A stretch of 64,000 nucleotides of DNA from Octopus sinensis (GCF_006345805.1 NC_043015.1:35960001-36024000); one strand, 5' to 3'; positions 1 through 12,594 are shown, counted from the first letter of the stretch. The notes: a model not told the origin generated them from the sequence alone. Numbers and translations are program-made.

Positions 1-46
<46 letters not shown>

Positions 47-504
47 TATATATATATATGTGTGTGCAAAGACATGCACACACATTAATTGTGTCACATA
101 TATACTGTGATGAAAGTGTTTCTCACTTTAAAAGAAAATAATTCTCAACCTCCCATTTCTTCTTATGAATTATTATAATTTTCTCCAACTTAATTACAAT
201 CATTTAACCGAACATTGTGACAATAGAATGCTTTGCACATTTTCTATGATCGAGAATAGATTTGTATTCTTTAAATAGATGTGTTTTTAATCGAATGTTT
301 CCTAGTCAAATGTTTCCCAGCTGACTCACAGACTGATACATTCTTTGTAGAGTGTGGTTGTCGTCCCATAGGGTTCAACGACATGGGGCTGAACTAGGAA
401 CCCTGCGGTTGGGAAGCAAACATTTTATCTCATATGTTCCATACCCACTGCTGCTTTATGTTGATCCAATATGTGTGTGCGCGTGTATAAATATCTACCT
501 ATCT

Positions 505-539
<35 letters not shown>

Positions 540-651
540 TATATATATATACGTATATATAAATGTATGTACATATGTATATATATATATGTATATATAT
601 ATATGTATGTATATATATATATATGTATATATATATGTCTATATATATATG

Positions 652-716
<65 letters not shown>

Positions 717-751
717 TGATGTAATACGTGTCCTTGAGGTTGTAGTTGTGC

Positions 752-829
752 GCGGCTGAAGAAGGCCATAGACACACATTATGCATTGTTATAAATCCGT
801 CTAATAAAGGCCCGAAACATATGTACCGC
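752..829 (+). ncRNA. Type I hammerhead ribozyme motif with long loop II
   Basis: Stem I GCGG(752-755)/CCGC(826-829); core CTGAAGA(756-762); stem II GGCC/GGCC with an adjacent A.C mismatch; GAAA(814-817); palindromic stem III ACATATGT; GTA cleavage triplet, predicted cut after 825. Confidence 0.7.
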
Positions 830-877
830 TGAATCCCTGGCATCATGTTTTTATTTTGATTAATTTATATATATACA

Positions 878-965
<88 letters not shown>

Positions 966-968
966 GTA

Positions 969-1023
<55 letters not shown>

Positions 1024-1494
1024 AACATATATGTACTTTTTACATTCTAAACGAGGAAACATGCTCACACCACACACACTTGTCCTTTTCACTATAACTA
1101 TTTCAATGGCTGAGTGTTGATCAGTGTTATGATAGAACCGTGTGTTTACCATAATTTTTTAAAGACAGGAATGTTTTAACAGACGAAATTACTGTTTAAT
1201 AAATGGTGTTTATACATTCACTTCATTATTCATTTATTTATTCATAGAAACAAGGAAATGACAGCATTTCGTGACAATTATACTCATTATACATCATTAT
1301 GTTGGGCTACAATAATTTTTGCTAATGGCTTCAGTTTCTGAATGAGTCTGAATAAAATAGTTTTTGGTTCTTGCCAGGCATAATTCTCTCGTATTCTTCT
1401 TTGTCCTTCATTTTGCATAATCACCAGAGGAAAAAAAAAATACATATTAATTTTACTATATTTAAAAATGTTCATATCAATATATATGCTAAGG

Positions 1495-1712
1495 TGACGA
1501 GTTTGAAGGATCGTTTGAACACCTGGCAAGATTCGTTGCGGCATTTCGTCTTTCTTTGTGTTCAGAGCTCAAATACCGCCAAGGTCGACTTCGATATTAT
1601 TCCTTTTGGATGTTAATAGAATAAGTATTAGTTGAGCACTGAGGTCGATGTAATCAACTTATCCCACCCCCTAAATTGCTGGCCTGTGCCAAATCTTGAA
1701 ATAAATATCAAT
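1495..1712 (+). mobile_element. SINE, family 1 (degenerate tRNA-like head)
   Basis: Shares GCATTT..GTC..TT and AATAAGTA..AGTTGAG.AC.G.GGTC.ATG.AATC.ACTTA motifs with the copy at 41176-41358. Confidence 0.75.
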
Positions 1713-2104
1713 ATGTCTGCTAAAAATATGAGTTTCTGCATTGTCGTGCATGTTTCTATTTTCAGTATGAAAAGAAGACTTTTGAATCAATGTCCATTTC
1801 CATAAGCAAAACCTATCTCTTTATATATCGTATCGCGCGTTTCTAATTGTGTGTTAATGGTGAATTAATTCTAGGCAAAATTGCCTCGATTTAATCTGTT
1901 ACGGTTAAATTTGAGATAATAGTATCGGACTACACTTTGACAGAACTGCAAGTCTGCACATGTTTAAATATGTTCTGACATTAGCTACGTGATATATGGT
2001 GTAGAACACCCTCAAATCAATCTGCTAACATATGCCAACGTATTAAGAACCAATGTGTTGCTCCATTCCAATGGTACATACACACACACACACATATGTG
2101 TGTA

Positions 2105-2160
<56 letters not shown>

Positions 2161-2184
2161 GGTGTGTGTGTGTGTATTTATATA

Positions 2185-2246
<62 letters not shown>

Positions 2247-2948
2247 TACGTGTTATATATGTTCTGTGTTTGATGGTATGTGGGTTAGTTGTAATTCGCT
2301 TTTCGGTTTGGGGACACGAGTCTTCCTTAGGCTAGCTGATAATCCTTAATCTAGACTTCCTTCCCTCTACTTCCTGTTTCATTCTCTCTGTCTTCCTCTT
2401 ATCTTTTCTTATAATGTACTGTCGCTTTGTCCGTTGATTATTTTACGATCTAAGGGCCTATAGAATCTGACTAAGTTTCGGTAGCTCTTCAATCTCTTGT
2501 TTATTACTGAAATGAGACTCTCAATTCACATTCCACATCTCAGTATTGATTTTTGTTTCCGAACCAAAATTTAAATTTTATTTGACCTTAAATAAACGGT
2601 TTGTTTTTCATGAAGTAATCGAATTATTCACCAGTAAAAAACACGTCTGAAACAGCTGTCGTGAACCTTAACCCATTTCTGTTCTTTATGTAAACACCAT
2701 CCATAGAATCTTCCCTATGTTAGGTCTGGAACTTACATTGCATCGTTAAACTGCAATCCGGTGTGCATGGGTATATAATTTCCTGCACATGTGTATGTAA
2801 ATGTATGAACATGTACCAATGTGCTTGGGTATATAGAGGCGTGTTTCTATATCCTACCTACACAGATGTGCAGAACTCAAACTTTTCAATGTCCTTAAAA
2901 TTAAAATATTTTAATTCAAATGAATCCTAAAAATTATGTGTTTGTGTG

Positions 2949-3018
<70 letters not shown>

Positions 3019-3089
3019 TGTGTGTCTGTGTCTGTGTGTACCGAAAGTTGATTATAAAAGGCTGTATATAAAAGGTAATTGTACACGGT

Positions 3090-3292
3090 AGTGAGATTGC
3101 AGGATTGTTTGTGCGGAAGCCAAAAGTGCTTTACCTTATTTCTTACGGTTCTTTAAGTTCTTGTTTTCATTCCTGCTGAGGTCAGTTTTGCCTTTTATCT
3201 CGTCAAGACCGATAATTTACAATACTGATCAGGTACTCTGGGGTCGAGATAATCAAATTGTCCCCACGAAATTGCTGGACTCGAACCTTGAA
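3090..3292 (+). mobile_element. Degenerate SINE family 1 copy
   Basis: Same motif order (..GAGGTC..TTTGCCTTT..GATAA..GTACT..GGGGTCGA..AAATTGCTGG), heavily mutated. Confidence 0.5.
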
Positions 3293-3869
3293 AATGGCCA
3301 GCGTTTCGTTAAGCGAGAGAGCTGTTACTTATACGCCATAGAAACGGAGAAGATGCTTTTACGAGTTTTAAGGTTCGAGGAAGATATGAAAATGAAAATC
3401 ACAGCAGATGAAAGACAATCAAGAAATATAAAAGATAACCAAAACAAGATCTACAAGTGTAGAATATCATGTTTTAATAGAAGTGTAACGGCATGGGTGC
3501 AATGAGAGTGATGCTATATGCTATATGGAAAACAAACTTGATGGAGGAAATTTTTATAAACTTGTTTAGATTCAGTATAATAAATAAAAAATTGAATTCT
3601 ATAAAAATCAAGGATTTTCATTCTTGGGATGCGAAAGAAATTATTTGTTTGTTTTTTTTTGTTTTGTTTTACATTGTTTATTCAAAAGAATAATCTTGAT
3701 ATTCAAGAGTGTCAGTAGTTAAAGAAAGAACTTTCTCCATAATGGAAGCATTTACTTTTTCGATAATGTCTTTAATATCCTAACATAGTTAAGGTTGGCT
3801 CGTGACAGTTAATCGATGAAAACAGGGTTGTCCAGTAAAGCCAAATTTTTTTTTTGGTATGTTTAACTG

Positions 3870-3907
3870 TAATCATCAACATCATCATCATCATCATCAT
3901 CATCCTT

Positions 3908-3997
<90 letters not shown>

Positions 3998-4075
3998 CTG
4001 ACGTCGTCTTCCTCAACACCATCATCATAATCATCATCATCATCATTATGATTATCATCGCCATCATCATCATGA
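3870..4075 (+). repeat. (ATC)n trinucleotide array
   Basis: Seen directly; explains the poly-His, poly-Met and poly-Asp ORFs. Confidence 0.95.
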
Positions 4076-4376
4076 TCACTGCCGTTCTTGTTATTCATCT
4101 ATTCGAAGTGGCAGTCACATTAGAACGTTAACAAGACAACTTGTAGCCACTATCAATGATTGTTTCCTTATTGATTATTTTTTGAATTTGATGTTGACAT
4201 TCAATAATGAAAGTATTTAAAGAAAGGAGGATGAATCCGATAATGGCAGAGCTTACATCGTTGATTATGTCATTGATAGCCTCTCATAATTATGTCTGAT
4301 GACAGTAAATCGATGGGGACAACACAGTGGGTAGCTCCGCTGTGCAAATATACCTAACTGTAGATCAGGAAAATCA

Positions 4377-4377
<1 letters not shown>

Positions 4378-4423
<46 letters not shown>

Positions 4424-5185
4424 ACTACTACTAAAAAATAAAATATTAATAATAGTGATAATAATAACCATCTTAAGTAGGAAATAACCTGGTTGTGGAT
4501 AATGAGGAAGGTGAAAAGAGTGCAAATTATTGTTGGGTCCCTGGGAAGAGTATCAGAAGGTATCAGAAAGTATCAGAAGTTATAGAAAGGTTAAAAGAAG
4601 GAGTAGATAATAGAGATGTAGCCCTCCTGATGGGGGATGATCTCTTCGGATAATCAAAGTGCCCCACTATCCAAGATCTCTCTGAACATTAAGTGCCCTC
4701 TGCGATTCCCTTTCTCCGACTCACAGGTCTTCACTGAGGGAGGTGCCATTCTTGCCAATTTCGCAACTTTCACTCACATTTCAGTAAACTTAATTGAGAA
4801 CAACACTTCACTCTCCAAACTCAATTTCCTTTTCAGGTGAATGAAACCTCTACCAAAGCGGAATGTGTCTGCCCTCATGCCTTGCGGCCTCGTCCAGACA
4901 ACCTCTTTCGCTTCAGCCACAAGACAGAGGAAACGTACCTTGCCTGCAGGATTAAAAGAGGACTCGGATCAATCATCTCTATGGACTCAGCCAGTAGACA
5001 GATCCGTTCCACTCGTGACAGCAGCTGTTCGACATAACCTCACAAGTCAATAATGCCCGGACATTGAATGATGTGCTTGCAAAACGAGTTCATCACCCTG
5101 CGCGCTATTTGGACAGACCCGTCTGACAGTACATCCATGCCTGTAGAGTTTATCTAGAACTGGTAGCGCAACCAGATAGCACTGG
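4378..5185 (-). mobile_element. Tx1/L1-clade LINE 3' fragment (decayed ORF2 end, 3' UTR, (TAG)n tail)
   Basis: Minus-strand frames give CP..AQGDE.VL..IIQCP (CCHC knuckle remnant), YVEQLLSRVERI and FLCLVAEAKEVVWTR..HLKRKLSLESEVL with stops and frameshifts; (ACT)n on + at 4378-4431 is at the 3' end. Clade assigned from recalled motifs. Confidence 0.7.
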
Positions 5186-5289
5186 TAGGCTAAGAACACA
5201 TGCAATTATCCATGATAGTTTCTGATTGGAAAATCCAATAATAATAATAACGGTAATCATAAAAATGCCCAGCTGACAACAAGGTATGC

Positions 5290-5525
5290 GATGAGGAAGA
5301 AAGAAAAGTCGGTAGATATAACAGATTAGCTAGGGAGGATAAGTAGCTGTGGTCGCTGAAAAAGGTGGTGGTAATACCAATAATTGTCAGAGTCCTGAGA
5401 AGAATGAGTAAAAATTTTGAGAAGTACATAAAACAAGTAGCGGATGCAATAAGGGTGGAACACTTGCAAAAAACTGCACTGCTTGGAACTACTCGAATAC
5501 TCCGGATGGTGCTCGAAAAATAAGA

Positions 5526-5610
<85 letters not shown>
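5290..5610 (+). mobile_element. R4/Dong-like LINE 3' end with (AAT)n tail
   Basis: Translates EEERKVGRYNRLARE..LWSLKKVVVIPII..KNFEKYIKQ..RVEHLQKTALLGTTRILRMVLEK*, the end of the restriction-like endonuclease domain, followed by (AAT)n. Confidence 0.85.
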
Positions 5611-5611
<1 letters not shown>

Positions 5612-6283
5612 TAGCGTTCATAAAATTGGTTGTGATGTTTCTGCACGCCCGAACAGATCAGGTCAGGAGCGAAAGCAAGCAGGAGTGAAAAGGAAGAGAT
5701 ATAAGTGGCATTTGGTCACTTATTAACAAAAGTAAAGAAGAAGAGAAAAACATTGTAAAATTTAAATCGGTAATAAGAGCAGGAAAATACCCGGAATACA
5801 CTAAAGCAATAGTCATAGATAAAGAGAGATATTTGAAATTTAGAGATACGCATGACTTTTCATAGACCCGCTGGGGCTTGAAGTCGAGTTTGACGAGCTC
5901 CCACCGGTCGTGGAATTAGAAGATTTGTAACCCTTTATGAACATTTAAAAATACGTAAGTAAAATTTGTACTTCATAAAAAAAAAGTGAAAATAGACTGC
6001 TAGAATGTATAAAGAAAAAAGGAAAAAAAAAACGATGCAAAAAAGACTAAGAAAAAGAACAAATTAAACAAGGAAAAAAGAAAAAGACTGTAAGAACGTT
6101 TAATCGTAAAAAAGTAATCGCGCTTTCGTCTCGGAGCGGGACCGAGAAAACCGTCTCATATTCATTATAATTTAATTCATTGTAGTTCATTCTTTCATAT
6201 GTTTTTTTGTTCCCGTATGTATGTGTATGTTCTCTCTGTATTCAGGCCGTGTGCCTATAATAAAGAGAAAAACTCGTGATTGT

Positions 6284-6328
6284 CACACGCTGATGACGGG
6301 TCAATACTCAGAAACTCGAGTCCGTGTG
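6284..6328 (+). ncRNA. Minimal type I hammerhead ribozyme motif
   Basis: Stem I CACACG/CGTGTG (6 bp); CTGATGA(6290-6296); stem II GGGT/ACTC with CAAT loop and adjacent C.A mismatch; GAAA(6311-6314); palindromic stem III ACTCGAGT; GTC triplet, predicted cut after 6322. Confidence 0.8.
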
Positions 6329-6528
6329 TATCATTGGTTGAAGACGGGAATGTTAGCTTCCCTTTGCAAATACTGATAGGGCACAGAAAGTGTGTCAATA
6401 GCCAGCTGGAGGAGGTGTCCTCCTGGGGATACAAGCTAGAGTAGCATTCACTCTTAGGGGTTAGCCATATTTAAATGGCAAATATACTTCACCATATATA
6501 TATATATATAAGCAGATTTATATATATA

Positions 6529-6602
<74 letters not shown>

Positions 6603-7169
6603 AGTGTGTGTGTGTGTGTGGTGTGTGTGTGTGTGTGTGTAAATATATCTATACATCTATTATATGTTTGTGCGTGTGTTCGTTTATATCACTTCACCTG
6701 CATATTTTAATAATGCATCAAGAGTTAATCTTCAGATAGAAATTTCGTGTAGAATTTCGAAAAATTGACACCGATTCGAAGGATTCTTTCTAATTTGTTC
6801 CATTTAACCTTTCTACATTTAATCTCGATCTTCTTTCAATCTCACAACTCTGTAAGACTTTCAAAATTCTAATTGCCAAAGTCTTATAATTAATGACAAA
6901 TATTGGCACAAGAATTGCTTTCAATATAAGCTCGATACTGAAATATCGCCAGACCACACAACGAGCTTGGTCAAAAGCCAGAGATATTCTAATGTTTTCA
7001 GCACCACCTCAAAAGATCGATGCAAATATTAACGTTTTCTTATGTTATTGCGGACGTCCAAGTTTAAATTTAAATTTAGACTAACATATATATACACATG
7101 AAGCAAACACTCACACACTCACTCACTCATACACAAACACATACATGTACATGTATATACGCTTATATT

Positions 7170-7203
<34 letters not shown>

Positions 7204-7207
<4 letters not shown>

Positions 7208-7781
7208 GTTATCCGGAAAGTTCGTGCTGATTTATAGTAGCTTACCTTTCGACTTACTTTAGAACATGGTTGTGTACATAAAATAAAATTTGAATACACC
7301 TCCATTTAGAGCACAGTTTAGGCTATATTTTCGTGGAAGAAGGTTTATGTTCCTATAACATGTGCTAATTCTGTAACCCTTTAAATTGGAAGTTAAGAAT
7401 GTTCATTTTCGGCACTTGATGCTTTTCTTTTTCCGTAAAAGAAAAAATGCCTCACAAGTAATCAAAGAAATATGCGCAGTTTACGGTGATGCTTCTTTAT
7501 CCGAAAGAACTGTACGGAAGTGGCTCGCAAGGTTCCGAGCTGGAGATTGTAGCCTTATTGATAAAGAGCGATTATGCAGACCATCCGCTACGGATGATGA
7601 CCAAATCATGTCATTAATTGAGAATAACCCACATTGCACAACCCGAGAATTGGCAGAAAGCCTCAATCTGTCAAAATACGTTGTTCATGAGCACCTGGTA
7701 AAACTTGGGTACACAAATCGCTACGATGTTTGGGTACCATATGAGTTGAGTGAGAAGAACCTTTTGGATCGCATTTCCATC
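7204..7781 (+). mobile_element. Mariner element, 5' half (TIR plus N-terminal transposase)
   Basis: TA followed by TIR-like TTGGGTTATCCGGAAAGTTCGTG; ORF HFRHLMLFFFRK..ICAVYG..VRKW.ARF..RP..TTRELAE..WVPYEL (two HTH regions and the WVPHEL-type motif); truncated before the DDD domain. Confidence 0.9.
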
Positions 7782-8255
7782 AATTGTTGTGAAAGACCAA
7801 AACAATGAAGTCTGTTTATTGATTGACATGAGCATACCCTGTGACCATAATATCTCTGCAAAAGAATTTGATGAGCTCAGAAAATATAAAGATTTGCTAA
7901 TCGATATCGAAAAGATGTGGCATCTGAAGACGGTTACAATACGAACGGTTATAGGAGCACCTGGAATGAGAATGATCCCTGGTTTCCCTTCCATGCATGA
8001 AGTGCAAAAGCTTGTCTTAACTGGTACATCACACGTATTGAGAAGAGAATTGTCGCGGTGAATTTTCTCCCCCCCCCCCTTTATTATATATTTTTTACAT
8101 ATTAGTTTTCCTTTTTCTCTCTGTTTTCCCTTTTTCTCTATCACAATCTGGTGTGTTTATTGTACTATTCTCTGGCCTAGGTGTCACGAAGACAAGAAAT
8201 GGAAACATGATTGAAAGAAGATGCTAACGAAAATTAAAATTTTTTAACGATGATA

Positions 8256-8313
<58 letters not shown>

Positions 8314-8330
8314 TGATGATGATGATGATG
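7782..8330 (+). mobile_element. R4/Dong-like LINE 3' fragment with 3' UTR and (AAT)n tail
   Basis: IVVKDQNNEVCLLIDMSIPCDHNISAKEF..KYKDL.I.IEKMWHLKTVTI..VIGA (PD-(D/E)xK endonuclease remnant), then UTR and (AAT)n. Confidence 0.85.
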
Positions 8331-8339
8331 ATAATAATA

Positions 8340-9878
8340 AACAGTGCTACAGCTTCTTACGAAAGAGGGACTCATAAAAACCAAAGTTATATCCATTAGA
8401 AGAGGAATATTCCAGGGAGACACGCTCTTCCACTCCTGTTCTGTTTGCCACTGATACTTTTATCTGACATGCTAAACAGAAGTGGGTGAGGGTACAACTG
8501 TTACGGCAAAACAATCAACAATTTCTTGTATATGGATGATCCAAAACTATATTCTATAAAGCATAATCAGCTGGAAACCTTACAACGGACAGTGAATGGA
8601 TTTACGAAAAAAATTAATCATGAAATTTGGCTTAGAAAAATGCGTCAAGGCAACCTTAAAGATAAAAACTATTTTAGAGAAACAACATCTCACTAGATAA
8701 AACAAAATGAAATAGAAGAATTAGGCGAGATCCAGACATTTACAGCTACAATATTCTTAAGTGGACTCTAAATAAAGTAAGAAAAATAATGATAGAACAA
8801 GAAAAACAACGACAGAATTTAGGATGCATCTTCCAAAAATCTGACATAGAAAATTTATATATACAACGCATCGAAGGTGGTAGAGACTTTATACTGCTAG
8901 AAATCTACTTTAAAATAACCACCAAAGGGCTACAGAAATGTCTACTTTAGAAGCAAGAAAAACTAATGCAAGTAGCCACAAGACGAGAGCAACACCAAAA
9001 ACTATTTCTGTATTTAAGGAAGCCGAAAAATTCTATAAAGGAATCATAATACATGACAACTATGAAGAAAAAAATAAAAGAAACAACGAAAGCTGTAAAA
9101 CAACTGAAATGGAAACGAAAACTGGAACAATATCGTATTATGATTCAAAAATGGAAAGAAAAGACGCTAGATGGCAAATATTGGGTTAAGCTAAACAGAA
9201 TAGAAATAGATGAAGCGAAATACCAACAATGGTTGAGAAGCACAGAACTGAAAGCAGAGAACGAAGGATTTTTAATTGCAGCACAAAACCTTCCCACTAG
9301 AAATCAGCAAAAACACGCAATGAAAAGAAATACAAGTAACTGCAGAATATGTGGTGATGGAGAAGAAACAATATATCAAATTGTCTCTGGCTAACAAGTC
9401 CTGGCGAAGAAAGAATATATTCACAGACATGACAGAGCTGGGACCTGTGGAAGCTATGCCAACACAATGAAATGGCAAAAGAGAAAAGATGCCATCTAAT
9501 TGATGTATCAATACCAGCAGATGACAGCATTTCATTAACAGAAACAGAGAAACTTTCAAAATACAAAGATCTGGAAAAATGGTGACTCGAATGTGGAACC
9601 TAAAGTCAAAAACCAATTCCTATCATAGCTGACGCATTAGATATGATTAAAAAAACATTGAGATAAATAAGTGACAAAAGCACCAGGACTTACAAGTGTG
9701 TATAACATACAGAATATATGGCTACTAAGCACCGCGCATGCCCTACGTAAAGCACTTTCAATACGGTGAATATAAGAGCACCACAACAAACCACAGCACA
9801 TACCCAAGGCACACAGGACTGCGCTCGGTAGTGCAGTGAAAGTACGTTAAAAAATAACACTACTGAACAATAATAATG

Positions 9879-9926
<48 letters not shown>

Positions 9927-9955
9927 TAATAATAATAATAATAATAATAATGATT
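8340..9955 (+). mobile_element. 5'-truncated R4/Dong-like LINE (RT core, CCHC finger, endonuclease), frameshifted
   Basis: RRGIFQGD, FLYMDD, KFGLEKC, CRICGDGEETIYQIVSG and LIDVSIP..E.EKLSKYKDL motifs across frames; preceded and followed by (AAT)n. Confidence 0.9.
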
Positions 9956-10359
9956 ACCCTTAGAGACAAGTAGTCATGATGCGTATATTGGGCTGCGTAT
10001 ATTTGTGCCCCACTGTCACTTTGATGGCATGCACTGCTCAATAATGAGTATGAAAATAATAATAATGGTGATGATGATGCTGATGACGATGATAACGACG
10101 ACGATGACGATGACAATGATGATGATAAAAATAATGATTACCATTATCTCCCTCGAATCATGTCATATCTCCCTCAAATCACGCGATATCGCCTTAAAAC
10201 AAATGAACGACATGTTCGATAGTCGAGATTTAAAGAGTATGTCTGAAACGTTGATGAATGATAACGAATGTAATGGATTAGATTAGAGATACACAGCATG
10301 ACCAGCTGAAAATAACCCTCTGCAAGATCATCTAATAATAAAAATGGACTCTATCGTCA

Positions 10360-10394
<35 letters not shown>

Positions 10395-10869
10395 CGCGTG
10401 TGTTGTGTTTGTGTTTGTGTGTGTCAATGTGTGTGTCTGTGTGTGTGTATGAAAGTATATATTTGTTTTACTATTCTGATTATCAACCCATCGGTGTATT
10501 CGTGCGTTAGGATTTGTAAACCTTAATTATGGAAGCAAATCGAAAGAATAAACGGAATTTTTAACCTAATAGAAGACTGTTATGAAGAGCCATAAATGTA
10601 TGTACTACCATAGAAAAAAGTAGCATTTATAGAATGTGCTATTCGGCAGACTTTCACTGTATAACAGTTAATATATATGTATATATGTATAGAGTAAATG
10701 AAGTATAAAGATTTCAGTACCCCACCACTTATGTATATGTATACCATTCTGCCTAAATAATGGAGCTACAGGTACAATATCCCAGCATAACTCATGTCTA
10801 TTTTCGTTCCTCACTTCACTGTCTATTTCATATTTTATCTAGAATAACTATTAACCATTTTCTCACACT

Positions 10870-10915
10870 GGCTCCGATGAAGCAATATATAAAATACCGG
10901 AAACAGCTGTGAGAC
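10870..10915 (+). ncRNA. Decayed hammerhead-like motif
   Basis: CCGATGA..GAAAC-AGCT-GTG-AGAC: palindromic stem III retained, core U4 changed, GUG triplet non-permissive; same family as 21874-21921. Confidence 0.4.
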
Positions 10916-11209
10916 ATTCTCACTACTCTTTGAGTCACACCTAACGAAGATTTGTGTCTGATAAGGATTCTTCGAATCGTGAGACTATCAAATGTAACTC
11001 TTCCAACGAACTCCGCAGATTATGCAAATTGGTACAAATAATTTCGTCGATACTGATATTGTTATTACACGAAGAAGGCTGTGAAACCACCGTAACTCTA
11101 AGGATGTCAACTACTTTAATATATTACTTCTCCTAACGCTGGACGTTGTATGGTTTATATATATATATATATATATAAGCGAGAAAGAAGCAACAAGAAT
11201 GGATAGGTT

Positions 11210-11300
11210 TTTTAGTACGATCGTTTCATACAAGGACAGGTTTTATTAAAAGTTGCAAAGATTACAGCATATAAACGAGTCCCGTACTCATCAGCTAAAA
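11210..11300 (-). ncRNA. Type I hammerhead ribozyme motif (left arm of palindrome)
   Basis: Reverse complement of 12113-12203; predicted cut between 11216 and 11215. Confidence 0.8.
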
Positions 11301-12112
11301 TACATGTAAGTTCTCTAGACATCCTAGTGTTTGAGGCTATACTCATGAAGTAATGTAGATAATTAACACAGATTTCTAAAGTTCATTAAAGTTCCTTAAA
11401 GATGATGTATAGTCTTATCACAGAATTTTAAAAAAGTTTTGATAGCATCACAGAGAAGGTGACCTAATCCATATGAATTCCATAGATATGATGAGGGATT
11501 ATATACTCACAGAAGACAAATTATATCCATTGTTATTAGCATTACAGAGAGGGTGAATTATCCTTGTATATATGCACAGATTCCAATTGTGATGTAAATT
11601 TCCAGAGAAATGGAGATGAATTTCATATTCACAGGCGATAAATTTTACAATGGTTGAACACAATGAGGTAGGTACCAATCCTTGTTATATGATTAGTGTG
11701 ATTAATATGGCAAACACCTAATCATATAACAAGGATTGGTACCTACCTCATTGTGTTCAACCATTGTAAAATTTATCGCCTGTGAATATGAAATTCATCT
11801 CCATTTCTCTGGAAATTTACATCTACACCATTGGAATCTGTGCATATATACAAAGGATTAATTCCCCTTCTGTAATGCTAATAACAATGGATAAATTGTC
11901 TTCTGTGAGTATATAATCCCTCATCATATCTATGGAAATTCATATGGATTAGGTCACCTTCTCTGTGATGCTATCAAAACTTTTTTAAAATTCTGTGATA
12001 AGACTATACATCATCTTTAAGGAACTTAATGAACTTTAGAAATCTGTTTAATTATCTACATTACTTCATGAGTATAGCCTCAACACTAGGATGTCTAGAG
12101 AACTTACATGTA

Positions 12113-12203
12113 TTTTAGCTGATGAGTACGGGACTCGTTTATATGCTGTAATCTTTGCAACTTTTAATAAAACCTGTCCTTGTATGAAACGATCGTACTA
12201 AAA
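12113..12203 (+). ncRNA. Type I hammerhead ribozyme motif with 41-nt loop II (right arm of palindrome)
   Basis: Stem I TTTTAG/CTAAAA; CTGATGA(12119-12125); stem II GTACGGGAC/GTCCTTGTAT (9 bp, one bulge, two G.U); GAAA(12186-12189); palindromic stem III ACGATCGT; GTA triplet, predicted cut after 12197. Confidence 0.8.
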
Positions 12204-12551
12204 CCTATCATTCTTGTTGCTTCTTTCTCGCTTATAATCACCCCACATCACTGTATTGTTAAATCAGTATAGTTTTTTTTGGTGCATCTAAGTTAGGTAC
12301 CATATTCAAGTAAATTTTTTAAATTAACTTGAATCTATTATATGTCTTTTATATATATATATATATATATATTTATAGATATAATATAATATATATTATT
12401 ATATATATATATATATAATATATATTTATATATTATATATAATATATATATATCATATATCTATATATAATATATATATATATTATATATATCATATTAT
12501 ATATATATATATAGATATATGTATATATATATACATATTATATGTATTATG

Positions 12552-12594
<43 letters not shown>

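Larger units (their letters stand above)
11174..12236. repeat. Near-perfect 1.06-kb palindrome (arms about 525 bp, spacer about 15-20 nt near 11697-11717)
   Basis: The right arm is the reverse complement of the left arm throughout; differences are mostly 1-nt indels. Confidence 0.97.

Noticed and set aside
2640-2665. GAAACAGCTGTC half-motifs here and at about 28335, plus GAAAC-GTAC-GTT at about 52988 and the motif at about 13755-13800
   Set aside because: Core or stems too degraded to call; may be very old remnants or chance.
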